Source: a virus
Length of the DNA: 60,638 bases
Strand: one strand, 5' to 3'
Virus record (IMG/VR): IMGVR_UViG_3300045988_153078
The translations under genes were made by a program, and so were the position numbers. Below, piece by piece: positions 1-8,431 of the stretch (positions within the stretch are counted from its first letter, which is position 1; each line of letters begins with the position of its first letter). The notes beneath the pieces are model-generated. The model saw only the letters and a program-made list of their open reading frames with translations, ran no database searches and was not told the origin of the DNA.

Positions 1-55
1 CTACGGCAGCGCAACGGTGGAAGCCTACGGCAGCGCAACGGTGGAAGCCTACGGC
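1..55 (+). repeat. 24-nt tandem repeat (about 2.3 units), same unit as the array at the window end
   Basis: ctacggcagcgcaacggtggaagc twice, then ctacggc. Positions 1-37 are identical to the last 37 nt of the window. Confidence 0.95.
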
Positions 56-178
56 GATTCTTATGTAGAGGATTGTATAGGGAATATACGTCCCCAGTCA
101 GATTACGCCATAGTTAAGGACTATTATAGCCACAAGATATATATCAAAAAAGGGAAATTTGAAATTATTGAAGTATAA
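2..178 (+). CDS. C-terminal fragment of the octapeptide-repeat (GSATVEAY) protein; continues the ORF left open at 60638
   Basis: Frame 2 reads YGSATVEAYGSATVEAYGDSYVEDCIGNIRPQSDYAIVKDYYSHKIYIKKGKFEIIEV, with TAA at 176-178. It is absent from the ORF track because it has no start codon inside the window. Confidence 0.75.
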   Translation, partial: YGSATVEAYGSATVEAYGDSYVEDCIGNIRPQSDYAIVKDYYSHKIYIKKGKFEIIEV

Positions 179-185
179 GATAGTT

Positions 186-330
186 GGTGGTATGGCGGAA
201 CAATGAGAGACGCTAATTGAGTACGGTTAATCGTAAAGTGAAATTCTTTGCTAAGTGTTAGATAGGTTGAAACTAAAACCTGACAATCCGTATCAATCCT
301 ATCATGCAGGTGCAAGTCCTGCTACCACCA
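186..330 (+). ncRNA. tRNA-like element 1: acceptor and T-arm with an expanded, branched anticodon-side domain
   Basis: ggtggta (186-192) pairs with taccacc (323-329). The T-arm is gcagg-tgcaagt-cctgc (306-322). The discriminator is A330. A 10-bp helix joins 216-226 and 288-297 (g221 bulged) and encloses hairpins 233-251 and 264-281. Confidence 0.45.
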
Positions 331-349
331 CAAACTAAAATTATAAACA

Positions 350-829
350 ATGCCATACTACATAAAAAGAGCCAAGGCTAAGAAGAAAGACAAGCCTTTA
401 CCTCTGTTTGATAAAGTAGGGGTAACAGTAAAGAAGAAGCCGGATTTGAAAGCTAAACTCGACAAAGAGTTTTCTCTTTTCATCCGGCTTCGTGATGCAA
501 TGCCAAACGGGTATTTTAGATGTATCTCGTGCGGACAGATAAAGCCTTTTACACAAGCAGACTGCGGGCACTATTTCAGTCGTACACACCTGGCAACACG
601 TTTCGATGAAAATAACTGCCATGCTGAGTGCCGTCACTGCAACAGGTTCAAAGCCGACCATTTGGAAGGCTATCGGGTGAATCTAATTGCTAAAATCGGT
701 CAACAGAAGTTTGATTTGCTGAAAGTCAAAGTTGCCAGCACTTCCAAAATGACTGATTTTGAGTACGAACAGCTAATCAAGTATTACAAGGCCCTTAATA
801 AGAAATTACGAAAGGAGAAAGGATTATGA
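350..829 (+). CDS. ninG: NinG/Rap-like recombination endonuclease
   Basis: FSLFIRLRD, CISCG..CGHYFSR..NCHAECRHCN; Cys/His pattern and basic N-terminus typical of the lambda NinG family. Confidence 0.7.
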   Translation: MPYYIKRAKAKKKDKPLPLFDKVGVTVKKKPDLKAKLDKEFSLFIRLRDAMPNGYFRCISCGQIKPFTQADCGHYFSRTHLATRFDENNCHAECRHCNRFKADHLEGYRVNLIAKIGQQKFDLLKVKVASTSKMTDFEYEQLIKYYKALNKKLRKEKGL

Positions 830-1272
830 GAACAATTAAATTTAGAGGTAAACGCATCAAGGACGGCAAATGGATATATGGAAATATTGCCAATTATTCT
901 TCTAACTTTTGCTCGTTAAACATTAACAAACTTGTAATCTTTGAGAATATAGCAAGTTTTACAACAGATAACTTCGGATTTGTTGTAAATGATTGTGAAG
1001 TTGCCAACAACACAGTCGGGCAGTTTACAGGACTGATTGATAGGAACGGCAAAGAGATTTATGAAGGTGATATTGTACAACTAGACTATATTACAACGAG
1101 TGGAAAACACCGCATAGGACTTTCATTTGAGGTTAAATGGTGTACCCAAGAAGGATGCTGGGTCGGATGGGATGGCTTTGTAGAAAACACTCTTCAACAG
1201 ACACGCAAAATGTTTGTAGTTAAAGGTAATATCCATGACAATCCCGAACTATTGAAAGGAGAAGCAGAATGA
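826..1272 (+). CDS. YopX family protein (paralog 1 of 3)
   Basis: MRTIKFRGK...VGQFTGLIDRNGKEIYEGDIV...GNIHDNPELL; ATGA overlap with the upstream gene. Confidence 0.75.
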   Translation: MRTIKFRGKRIKDGKWIYGNIANYSSNFCSLNINKLVIFENIASFTTDNFGFVVNDCEVANNTVGQFTGLIDRNGKEIYEGDIVQLDYITTSGKHRIGLSFEVKWCTQEGCWVGWDGFVENTLQQTRKMFVVKGNIHDNPELLKGEAE

Positions 1273-2441
1273 CTTACCAACTACGTGATTACCAACAGAA
1301 AGCTTCTGATGCTGCTGTTTCTTTCTTCAACAACAAGGCGAAGAAAACAAATGCCATTATGGTGTTACCTACGGGCAGCGGAAAGTCGCTTATCATAGCG
1401 GATATAGCCGCAAGGCTTGACGGTCATACCTTGGTGTTCCAGCCCTCGAAGGAAATACTCGAACAGAATTTCAAGAAACTCTGTTCATACGGCATTCTTG
1501 ATTGCAGTATCTATTCAGCATCCTTTAACTCAAAGGAGATAAGCCGGATAACATTTGCCACCATCGGCAGTGTGAAGAATCATCCCGAACTGTTTACCCA
1601 CTTCAAGAACATCATTGTGGATGAATGTCATCTTGTAAACCCCAAAGAGGGAATGTACAAGGATTTTTTTGATGCAGTGAAGTGTAAGGTTCTTGGACTG
1701 ACAGCAACGCCATACCGTTTAAGCTCCAGCCGTGATTTCGGCTCCATGCTGAAATTTATCACTCGGACAAAACCTCATGTCTTTTCAGAGGTCATTTATC
1801 ATGTACAGGTATCAACCCTATTAGATATGGGCTACTTGGCGAAGTTGGATTACTATTCAATGAATCCTTCAGGGTGGAACGAACTCAATTTGAAGGTAAA
1901 TACCACTGGTGCCGACTACACAGATAAGTCAGTCCAAAGAGAATATGAACGAATTGACTTCTACGGTTATCTCGTTCATATCGTCCAAAGGCTGATGAAT
2001 CCCAAAGCAGGTGGTAAGAGAAAAGGCATTTTAGTATTTACCAAGTTCTTGAAAGAAGCCGAACAGCTTACGTGGTCCATTCCCGGATGCGCTATTGTTT
2101 CGGGTGATACTCCCAAATCTACTCGTGAAAGAATCCTTGCTGCGTTCAAATCTGGTGAAATCCCGGTCGTTGCCAATGTCGGAGTTCTGACTACTGGTTT
2201 TGATTATCCCGAGCTTGATACGGTTGTTATGGCCCGTCCTACGATGTCACTTGCTATGTGGTATCAGATAGTTGGTCGGGCTATTCGTCCACATCCTCAG
2301 AAAGAGGTTGGATGGATTGTAGATTTATGTGGAAACATCAAACGCTTCGGTGAAGTATCTGATTTAAGGCTTGTTGATGGAAGCAATGGCAAATGGGCCG
2401 TTTACTCCAAAGGTAGACAACTAACTAATGTGAGATTCTAA
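1269..2441 (+). CDS. SF2 DEAD/DEAH-box DNA helicase
   Basis: Walker A LPTGSGKS, motif II DECH, motif III TATP, C-terminal helicase motifs TTGFDYP and QIVGRAIR. Confidence 0.85.
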   Translation: MTYQLRDYQQKASDAAVSFFNNKAKKTNAIMVLPTGSGKSLIIADIAARLDGHTLVFQPSKEILEQNFKKLCSYGILDCSIYSASFNSKEISRITFATIGSVKNHPELFTHFKNIIVDECHLVNPKEGMYKDFFDAVKCKVLGLTATPYRLSSSRDFGSMLKFITRTKPHVFSEVIYHVQVSTLLDMGYLAKLDYYSMNPSGWNELNLKVNTTGADYTDKSVQREYERIDFYGYLVHIVQRLMNPKAGGKRKGILVFTKFLKEAEQLTWSIPGCAIVSGDTPKSTRERILAAFKSGEIPVVANVGVLTTGFDYPELDTVVMARPTMSLAMWYQIVGRAIRPHPQKEVGWIVDLCGNIKRFGEVSDLRLVDGSNGKWAVYSKGRQLTNVRF

Positions 2442-2539
2442 TATGAAAAGTATAAAAGAAGTAATTAAGGACATTGAGCATATTCCAAAGTATCCCCAAA
2501 GTGGAGAATATAATCTGTATTACCTAATAAAATGTTTGT

Positions 2540-3079
2540 ATGGCACGTATACGAACCATTAAGCCAGAATTTTGGGAAGATACAAAAATAGGGCGTATAA
2601 CAAGGGATGCAAGACTAATTTTAATATTTCTATGGTATTCATCTGATAATGACAACAAGTCTAACTACACATTAGATTTTGTAAAAAAGGGAGCTAATTT
2701 GCACAGGTACGGAAAAATTATTCATGAGAAAGTCATACAAGAATTATCAGATAATGGATTAGTCGAAATATTAGATAGCAAATATCTAAAGTTAATACCA
2801 AGAAATATTCTAGGTATAAGGCGTTCAGATAGATTCGATGTACAAGACTGGGGAGAGTGGAAGAAAATTAGTGAGATTGTCTTTAAAAGGGATAATTATA
2901 CTTGTTTCTATTGCGGACGGTCTGATTGTAAAATGGAGATAGACCATTTATTGCCTGTATCAAGAGGCGGAAGTGATAATATTTCTAATTTGGTTACTTC
3001 ATGCAGAAGATGCAATGCGCAGAAGCATGATAAAACTTTAGACGAATTTTTGGAATGGAGGAAATGCAATGAGAGATAG
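2540..3079 (+). CDS. HNH endonuclease domain protein
   Basis: C-terminal CFYCG..EIDHLLPVSRGGSDNISNLVTSCRRCNAQKHDK; N-terminal IRTIKPEFW motif. Confidence 0.75.
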   Translation: MARIRTIKPEFWEDTKIGRITRDARLILIFLWYSSDNDNKSNYTLDFVKKGANLHRYGKIIHEKVIQELSDNGLVEILDSKYLKLIPRNILGIRRSDRFDVQDWGEWKKISEIVFKRDNYTCFYCGRSDCKMEIDHLLPVSRGGSDNISNLVTSCRRCNAQKHDKTLDEFLEWRKCNER

Positions 3080-3851
3080 TTTTATTTTTTATAGAAGTTT
3101 CTATGAAGCAATAAAGGATCTGCCGAGAGATATTCAGGGTGAGATTTACACGGCTATAATGGAGTATAGCCTATATGGTAATGAAGCTGAGAATCTAAAG
3201 CCGGTCGCTCGTAGTATCTTCACTTTGATAAAACCTCAAATTGATGTCAATAACAAACGTTTTGACAATGGATGTAAGGGTGGAAGACCAAAAAACGATA
3301 ACCAAGAAGAAACCAAGCCAAAACCAAACGATAACCAAGAAGAAACCAAGCCAAAACCTAATTATAATGATAATAAGAATAAGAATGTAAATGAATATAT
3401 CCCCCCTATAATCCCCCAAGGGGATGTAGCACATTCAGACGAGCATCATGAAACGATAGATTATAATGCTCTTATGAATATATTCAATAGGATGTTTGAA
3501 AACAAACTCCCTAGAATATCATCTATGACGGATAAGAGGAAGAAATCTGTAAAAGCAAGGGCTTCCGAACACGGGAAAACATCAATAATGGATGTTTTCA
3601 ACAACGTGGCCCAGTCTGCATTTCTTCTAGGACGCAATAACCAAAATTGGAGATGTGATTTTGATTGGATATTTAAACCGACAAATTTCATAAAAATATT
3701 GGAAGGAAACTATAATGGGACAAGACTTAGTAAAAATCAACAGGATAGCGAGCAGCGAAAACGTGATTCAGTTCTTGCAGTCGCTACAACCGTCAGAGAA
3801 GCTGCCGCAAAAAAGAGAAAGGAACTTGAAGCAGAAGGCGTTATTGAATAA
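3069..3851 (+). CDS. Replication organizer/initiator-like protein
   Basis: N-terminal FIFYRSFYEAIKDLP and C-terminal NWRCDFDWIFKPTNFIKILEGNY resemble phage replisome-organizer termini. Contains a 2 x 33-nt tandem duplication (NDNQEETKPKP). Confidence 0.5.
   Translation: MRDSFIFYRSFYEAIKDLPRDIQGEIYTAIMEYSLYGNEAENLKPVARSIFTLIKPQIDVNNKRFDNGCKGGRPKNDNQEETKPKPNDNQEETKPKPNYNDNKNKNVNEYIPPIIPQGDVAHSDEHHETIDYNALMNIFNRMFENKLPRISSMTDKRKKSVKARASEHGKTSIMDVFNNVAQSAFLLGRNNQNWRCDFDWIFKPTNFIKILEGNYNGTRLSKNQQDSEQRKRDSVLAVATTVREAAAKKRKELEAEGVIE
3294..3359 (+). repeat. Perfect 2 x 33-nt in-frame tandem duplication
   Basis: aacgataaccaagaagaaaccaagccaaaacc repeated head to tail. Confidence 0.9.
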
Positions 3852-4407
3852 ATATCCTGATCCTGCACAATTTATTCTTGATTACAACCCTGATTTGCAA
3901 TTCAAACTTGTCAGATGTAATGCAACTCATTCAGAACTGGCATTGAATGACAGTATTCCAAGCTTAGGGTTATTGTCTTCCACTTACGGAGATGAAACCC
4001 CGATAGAATGGCTAAAGATACAGTTTGGTTCACTGAACGACTTTGCGGAGGTATCGACTAAGATAACAAAAGAACAACTCTCTGAACTATCAGAGATATT
4101 TCTTTCGGAGTATTACTACATCAATACCGCTGAGATTTGCTTTTTTATTGCACGATTCAAGGCCGGCAAGTATGGAAGATTTTACGGAGCAATAGACCCC
4201 ATGAAAATAACAAGTGCGATGTTAGACTACATATCCGAACGAAGAAAGGATATTGAGCGTAAAGAAAGGGAAGAATACAGAATGCAGCGTGAGAAAGAGA
4301 TAGAAGAACGTGGGAATAACAGGATCTCTTATGCTGAATATCAAGAATTGAAACGCCGGGCGGAATCCGGAGATGAAAAAGCCAGAAAAATGCTAATGTC
4401 CTCATGA
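3844..4407 (+). CDS. Hypothetical protein in the replication module; start uncertain
   Basis: The tracked ORF starts at 3715 and would overlap the upstream gene by 137 nt. TTG at 3844 is the first start near the upstream stop. The C-terminus is a charged coiled coil. Confidence 0.5.
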   Translation: MNKYPDPAQFILDYNPDLQFKLVRCNATHSELALNDSIPSLGLLSSTYGDETPIEWLKIQFGSLNDFAEVSTKITKEQLSELSEIFLSEYYYINTAEICFFIARFKAGKYGRFYGAIDPMKITSAMLDYISERRKDIERKEREEYRMQREKEIEERGNNRISYAEYQELKRRAESGDEKARKMLMSS

Positions 4408-4589
4408 AAGTAACTATCTACTGGGAGAATAAGTCTACTCCTGTTCTCCGTAAGAGAATCCGTGATCGATTTGGCATTCCTCACTATATGTCTGTAAATG
4501 GTGAGACTCAGGCAGAAATAAGCGAAGAGGATATGCTGGATCTGATGGAGTTGGTTAAACGAGGCTTTATAAGTTTAAGAAATAAATAA
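4404..4589 (+). CDS. Hypothetical protein
   Basis: ATGA overlap with the upstream gene; same-strand dense packing. Confidence 0.55.
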   Translation: MKVTIYWENKSTPVLRKRIRDRFGIPHYMSVNGETQAEISEEDMLDLMELVKRGFISLRNK

Positions 4590-4593
4590 AATC

Positions 4594-4986
4594 ATGTTAG
4601 TAGGAACAACAAATCTTAATACGACGCTCAACCTAACCTACGTGTTGACTGACGTCGTGGAAACGCTTCTATACGATTTGAGAAGTGAAATGGGAAAACA
4701 AGGCTATGAATTGCGTCATGATGCAAAACGCAACTTCAACACAGCAATAGCCGCGATCCGGAAATTGAAACAGGACGTTGACAAGACGCAATTATCCACA
4801 CAGGAAAACTTCGGAAATGACTCCGATTGTCTTCTTGCCTTCATTAAATTGTTAATAGATCGCTGCGGTGATGATGACAAGAAAATGTTTGAGTTTTATA
4901 ATTATATCAAGCGGTATCCGTCGCAACTCGGATTGGAACTATCGGATGAAAAGTGTGTGTTTGCGCATATTTTCGAGAATAAATAA
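4594..4986 (+). CDS. Hypothetical protein
   Basis: 130-aa ORF, tightly packed on the + strand. Confidence 0.6.
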   Translation: MLVGTTNLNTTLNLTYVLTDVVETLLYDLRSEMGKQGYELRHDAKRNFNTAIAAIRKLKQDVDKTQLSTQENFGNDSDCLLAFIKLLIDRCGDDDKKMFEFYNYIKRYPSQLGLELSDEKCVFAHIFENK

Positions 4987-5014
4987 CCATCATAACAGTT
5001 TAGAAAGGAATAAA

Positions 5015-5806
5015 ATGATAATAGCGTGGTTTTCTTGCGGTGTAACATCCGCAGTCGCTTGTAAGATTGCACTTAGTCTATACGATGACGTGCAGCTCTA
5101 TTATATTGAAACTGGCTCCGGGCATCCGGACAACGCTCGTTTTCTATCTGATTGTGAAAGATGGTACGATCAGCCTATTCACATTATCCGAAGCGACAAA
5201 TACACTTGCGTAGCTGATGTCCTACGGAAAGGTTTTATCAATGGTGCGCATGGTGCTGCTTGTACTCTTGAACTTAAAAAGAAAGTCCGGTACAAGTTGG
5301 AAAAGGAACTTGGTTCTTGGGACGGTCAAGTTTGGGGATTCGATTATGAACCAAAAGAGATTAACCGAGCTATCCGATTAAAGCAGCAGTACCCAGACAC
5401 AAAGCCACTGTTCCCGCTTATTGAAAAGCAGATTACGAAGCCGGATGCCATGGGGATACTTTGGAAAGCAGGGATTGAAATCCCTGCTATGTACAAGATG
5501 GGCTACAATAACAACAACTGCATCGGTTGCGTGAAAGGTGGTATGGGATACTGGAATAAAATCCGGAAGGATTTCCCGGAAGTGTTTGCTCAAATGGCAC
5601 AGATTGAGCGTGATGTTGGAGCTACCTGTCTGAAAGATAAAGATGGGCGTATCTTCTTGGATGAACTACCGACATGGCGGGGAGATCCAGTGGAAGAGAT
5701 TATACCGGATTGCTCGCTTATCTGCCAAATTGAATTTCAAGAGATCATCGACAGGCAGGTAAAACGAGTTTTGAAAGGAGAAATTAGTATTAACGATGTA
5801 GCCTGA
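5015..5806 (+). CDS. PP-loop / PAPS-reductase-like ATP pyrophosphatase family protein
   Basis: N-terminal IIAWFSCGVTSAVA resembles the SGGxDS PP-loop. Cys cluster NNCIGCVKGG near the C-terminal half. Start moved to ATG 5015 (gaaaggaa upstream) to avoid overlap with the 4594 gene. Confidence 0.5.
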   Translation: MIIAWFSCGVTSAVACKIALSLYDDVQLYYIETGSGHPDNARFLSDCERWYDQPIHIIRSDKYTCVADVLRKGFINGAHGAACTLELKKKVRYKLEKELGSWDGQVWGFDYEPKEINRAIRLKQQYPDTKPLFPLIEKQITKPDAMGILWKAGIEIPAMYKMGYNNNNCIGCVKGGMGYWNKIRKDFPEVFAQMAQIERDVGATCLKDKDGRIFLDELPTWRGDPVEEIIPDCSLICQIEFQEIIDRQVKRVLKGEISINDVA

Positions 5807-5828
5807 AAGGGCTCAAAACAGAGTAGAT

Positions 5829-6266
5829 ATGAAGATAATAGCCAAACAAGATTCAGAGGGTGAGATACTGAAGCAACAGGACGAACTTCTTCTGCGAGAT
5901 TATGAAAGAGCGGTCGCATCCGGTTGCTTCCAAGGCACGCTTGAAGAATTTAAAGAATTTCGGGAAGTTGGCTGCTGGGGAATTATCAGCATGAATCGGG
6001 ACGATTTTTCAGACTTTTCTCAAATCCCTAATGGGTTAGGGGGTGATGCGAACGGTGCTTCTGGTCCTTTGGGGGTAAGCTCCGGATCTGCCTTTATTCT
6101 TGTTCCCCGAGAATGTAAGTATTGTAAGGTAGCTTCTTTCCCTACTCTTGAGATGGCAGAACATTTTGTTTCTGAGAATCCCCACATGACTGATATCGAA
6201 ATTATCACAGAATGTGAATTTGTAAAAGCATATAATGATAGGTTTTATCCATTTAACCGATTATAA
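5829..6266 (+). CDS. Hypothetical protein
   Basis: 145-aa ORF. Confidence 0.55.
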   Translation: MKIIAKQDSEGEILKQQDELLLRDYERAVASGCFQGTLEEFKEFREVGCWGIISMNRDDFSDFSQIPNGLGGDANGASGPLGVSSGSAFILVPRECKYCKVASFPTLEMAEHFVSENPHMTDIEIITECEFVKAYNDRFYPFNRL

Positions 6267-6280
6267 ATACTCAAATAGTT

Positions 6281-6430
6281 ATGATAGAAATATTAGAATT
6301 TATCTTTCAGAGTTTCTGGCATTGGCTAGGCACCGTAATACTTATAGCTGTCATTCCTGTTCCGTTTGGGAGTATTCGAACTCTGTTACGTATAAAAAGA
6401 GATGCAAAAAATAAAACTGAGAAGATATGA
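6281..6430 (+). CDS. Small membrane protein (49 aa)
   Basis: Hand-translated MIEILEFIFQSFWHWLGTVILIAVIPVPFGSIRTLLRIKRDAKNKTEKI; one TM segment; ATGA overlap with the next small ORF. Confidence 0.4.
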   Translation: MIEILEFIFQSFWHWLGTVILIAVIPVPFGSIRTLLRIKRDAKNKTEKI

Positions 6431-6564
6431 AAACATTGATAATTTATAATTCAATAGATGCACCTTTGCAGTATGCAATAGTAGAAGGTGATTATTCTGA
6501 TTTAAACGGAGTCTGTATTAATTCTTTTAATTATCAAGATATAGAAGAAAAATTTAATTCATAA
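6427..6564 (+). CDS. Small hypothetical protein (45 aa)
   Basis: Hand-translated MKTLIIYNSIDAPLQYAIVEGDYSDLNGVCINSFNYQDIEEKFNS. Confidence 0.3.
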   Translation: MKTLIIYNSIDAPLQYAIVEGDYSDLNGVCINSFNYQDIEEKFNS

Positions 6565-6698
6565 CCAACATCAGTTGAGTAAGTGACTCACCCAATCAAC
6601 TTTGAACTAAAAATATTAATTCATTAGAAAACAAGTAATGAGGCAAATCGAGCCTTATAATTCGATAATCGTTCTTTGATGTATTGGATTTACCGCTT

Positions 6699-6788
6699 AA
6701 TAGTTGTCAACTATTAAAAATGCAAAAATAACATCTTATTTTTGCGTTTTTAATTTGTGTATGCAAAAATAAACCATTATATTTGCAT
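6699..6788 (+). promoter_or_regulatory. Tandem Bacteroides-type promoters embedded in inverted repeats
   Basis: Three inverted repeats: aatagttg-t-caactatt (6699-6715), gcaaaaataa-catc-ttatttttgc (6722-6745) and atgcaaa..tttgcat (6761-6788). TAnnTTTG boxes at 6737-6744 and 6778-6785. The 12-nt direct repeat atgcaaaaataa occurs at 6720 and 6761. Confidence 0.55.
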
Positions 6789-6830
6789 TACAATAATAAA
6801 ACAAGTAACAACTATTAAAAAATAACGATT

Positions 6831-7073
6831 ATGAAAACTGAAAAGTATGAAATTTTAAATGCTGCAAAATCAAACGGTTCTCTTGACGAATTAACTGGTT
6901 ACGATTATGTTGACTGTGAGTTTCCTAATAATGGCATAGACTACAGTAATGCTATCGTAATGGAAGATGAAGAGAATTGGTTTATTGATCTTGGCACCGG
7001 CCTTGGTTTCGCACAATATTCAAAAAGCGACTTCACTCTAAAAGAAGCAATTGATAACGAGACCAATGACTAA
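6831..7073 (+). CDS. Small acidic hypothetical protein
   Basis: 80 aa, rich in D/E. Confidence 0.55.
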   Translation: MKTEKYEILNAAKSNGSLDELTGYDYVDCEFPNNGIDYSNAIVMEDEENWFIDLGTGLGFAQYSKSDFTLKEAIDNETND

Positions 7074-7296
7074 AACATTCGTTCTCCTATTTAAAGAGCC
7101 GATGAAGATACATACCTATTCATCTTTATCAGCTATCTTCGAAGAGTTCACAAAGGACGAATTAGGTGTTGCTCTTTCAACTTTGCAAAAAAGGGATTTT
7201 TCTTTTGACTCCTACGATAATGAAAAAGTTCACATAGAGCTTAGTCTAACCAAAACACGAGGTGACATAATAAGAGAGAAAGAGAAGTTTCTATAG
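7066..7296 (+). CDS. Hypothetical protein
   Basis: ATG at 7066 overlaps the upstream stop (atgactaa). The track starts at a TTG at 7051. Confidence 0.5.
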   Translation: MTKTFVLLFKEPMKIHTYSSLSAIFEEFTKDELGVALSTLQKRDFSFDSYDNEKVHIELSLTKTRGDIIREKEKFL

Positions 7297-7310
7297 TTAA
7301 TATAAATTTA

Positions 7311-7340
7311 GGCGGTAAGTTCAATCTCACCGCCTTTTTT
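7311..7340 (+). terminator. Rho-independent terminator
   Basis: ggcggt (7311-16) pairs with accgcc (7329-34), followed by tttttt. Confidence 0.7.
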
Positions 7341-7502
7341 GTGTCCGGGCGGTAAAAGTTCGGGCATTTTTTATTTAACTAAATAAAGTACAGAAATGAA
7401 TGAAATTATAATCATTAACGGCTATGAGTATACAAAGGATGAGTTTGATGCCATAGCGGCATTTGTAGGAAGCGATATTAATTAACTAATAACTAATCAG
7501 AT

Positions 7503-7658
7503 ATGAAGAAAAGAATAAGAAATAAAATGATGAATAATATTGGAAGGTATAAACTACACCAGTATTTGAAATATGCTCGACAATGGACTGTTACAGTTGA
7601 CTATAAATGCCATTTATACTTGATTTTGGATAATGGAAAAATAGTAAGAACTGATTAA
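7503..7658 (+). CDS. Small basic hypothetical protein (51 aa)
   Basis: Hand-translated MKKRIRNKMMNNIGRYKLHQYLKYARQWTVTVDYKCHLYLILDNGKIVRTD. Confidence 0.35.
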   Translation: MKKRIRNKMMNNIGRYKLHQYLKYARQWTVTVDYKCHLYLILDNGKIVRTD

Positions 7659-7677
7659 CTCAAAAATAAAGATAGAT

Positions 7678-7902
7678 ATGAATAAAGAAATAAGTAATAT
7701 CGTTGTGATTGATAGGGATGATTACGATGAATTAGTAGAAAAAGCAAATACTGTTGATGCTGAAATTCAAAAACAAGCAAAACAGGTGTTTATGAAAGAA
7801 AACGAAGTTCCTGTAAGAATAGAATTTAATGAATATCGAAATAACAGAAATTTCACTGCTCCTATCGGATTTATCAGACATTCGGATAGTAATAATATTT
7901 AG
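7678..7902 (+). CDS. Hypothetical protein
   Basis: 74-aa ORF. Confidence 0.5.
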   Translation: MNKEISNIVVIDRDDYDELVEKANTVDAEIQKQAKQVFMKENEVPVRIEFNEYRNNRNFTAPIGFIRHSDSNNI

Positions 7903-7941
7903 GAAGCGTTAGACAAAATAGAACCTCAAATTAAAGAATGG

Positions 7942-8139
7942 ATGGATGAGAACCTTAGTATGTTTGACAAGAAATTGAGGGATAAATATATTACCGAAAA
8001 GAATTGTATAGGATTGAGTAAGCGAGTTACCAATTTAGAAGAGAAGTTGAAAAGGTTAAAGATTAAATATACCTTTTTGTTTTCCTATGCAGTTATCATT
8101 TCTGCTATTGTATTTTTCTTGCTAACACTTTTAAAATAA
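7942..8139 (+). CDS. Small C-terminally membrane-anchored protein
   Basis: Coiled-coil N-terminus and TM segment FLFSYAVIISAIVFFLLTLL. Confidence 0.5.
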   Translation: MDENLSMFDKKLRDKYITEKNCIGLSKRVTNLEEKLKRLKIKYTFLFSYAVIISAIVFFLLTLLK

Positions 8140-8151
8140 AACGGAATAGTA

Positions 8152-8421
8152 ATGAGCAAAGTATATTATAACCGTCGCATTTGGCTTAACTCTGAAAATT
8201 CACGCTCGACTGGGAGTGTCGTTTGCTTTGATGGCAAAACTGAATTTTCGGACGGTGCTGACCGGGATTCATTCATAGAAATTGCCGATTGCCACGGAAA
8301 GGTGCGGCTTCACAAGTCAAGCGATGATAGCGTAACCGAGTTTATACAAAAACTATCTATGCTGCGCAATGAAGTAGATTCTTACATCAATCATCTCAAA
8401 ACTAAAGTAATTAACGAATAA
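8152..8421 (+). CDS. Hypothetical protein
   Basis: 89-aa ORF. Confidence 0.5.
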   Translation: MSKVYYNRRIWLNSENSRSTGSVVCFDGKTEFSDGADRDSFIEIADCHGKVRLHKSSDDSVTEFIQKLSMLRNEVDSYINHLKTKVINE

Positions 8422-8431
8422 CTAGATAGAA

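Noticed and set aside
186-330. Calling the four T-arm/acceptor elements ordinary decoding tRNAs, or attP-borne tRNA 3' fragments
   Set aside because: None shows a 5-bp stem with a 7-nt anticodon loop at the expected position, and their lengths are 145, 189, 66 and 127 nt. They are not mere 3' fragments, because each has a matching 5' acceptor strand and three have D-arm features. They are also 2-10 kb from the integrase. A tRNA-finder run is still needed.
3715-3843. The tracked upstream part of ORF 3715-4407
   Set aside because: It would overlap the replication-organizer gene by 137 nt in another frame. A TTG at 3844, right at the upstream stop, gives a conventional junction, although the start remains uncertain.
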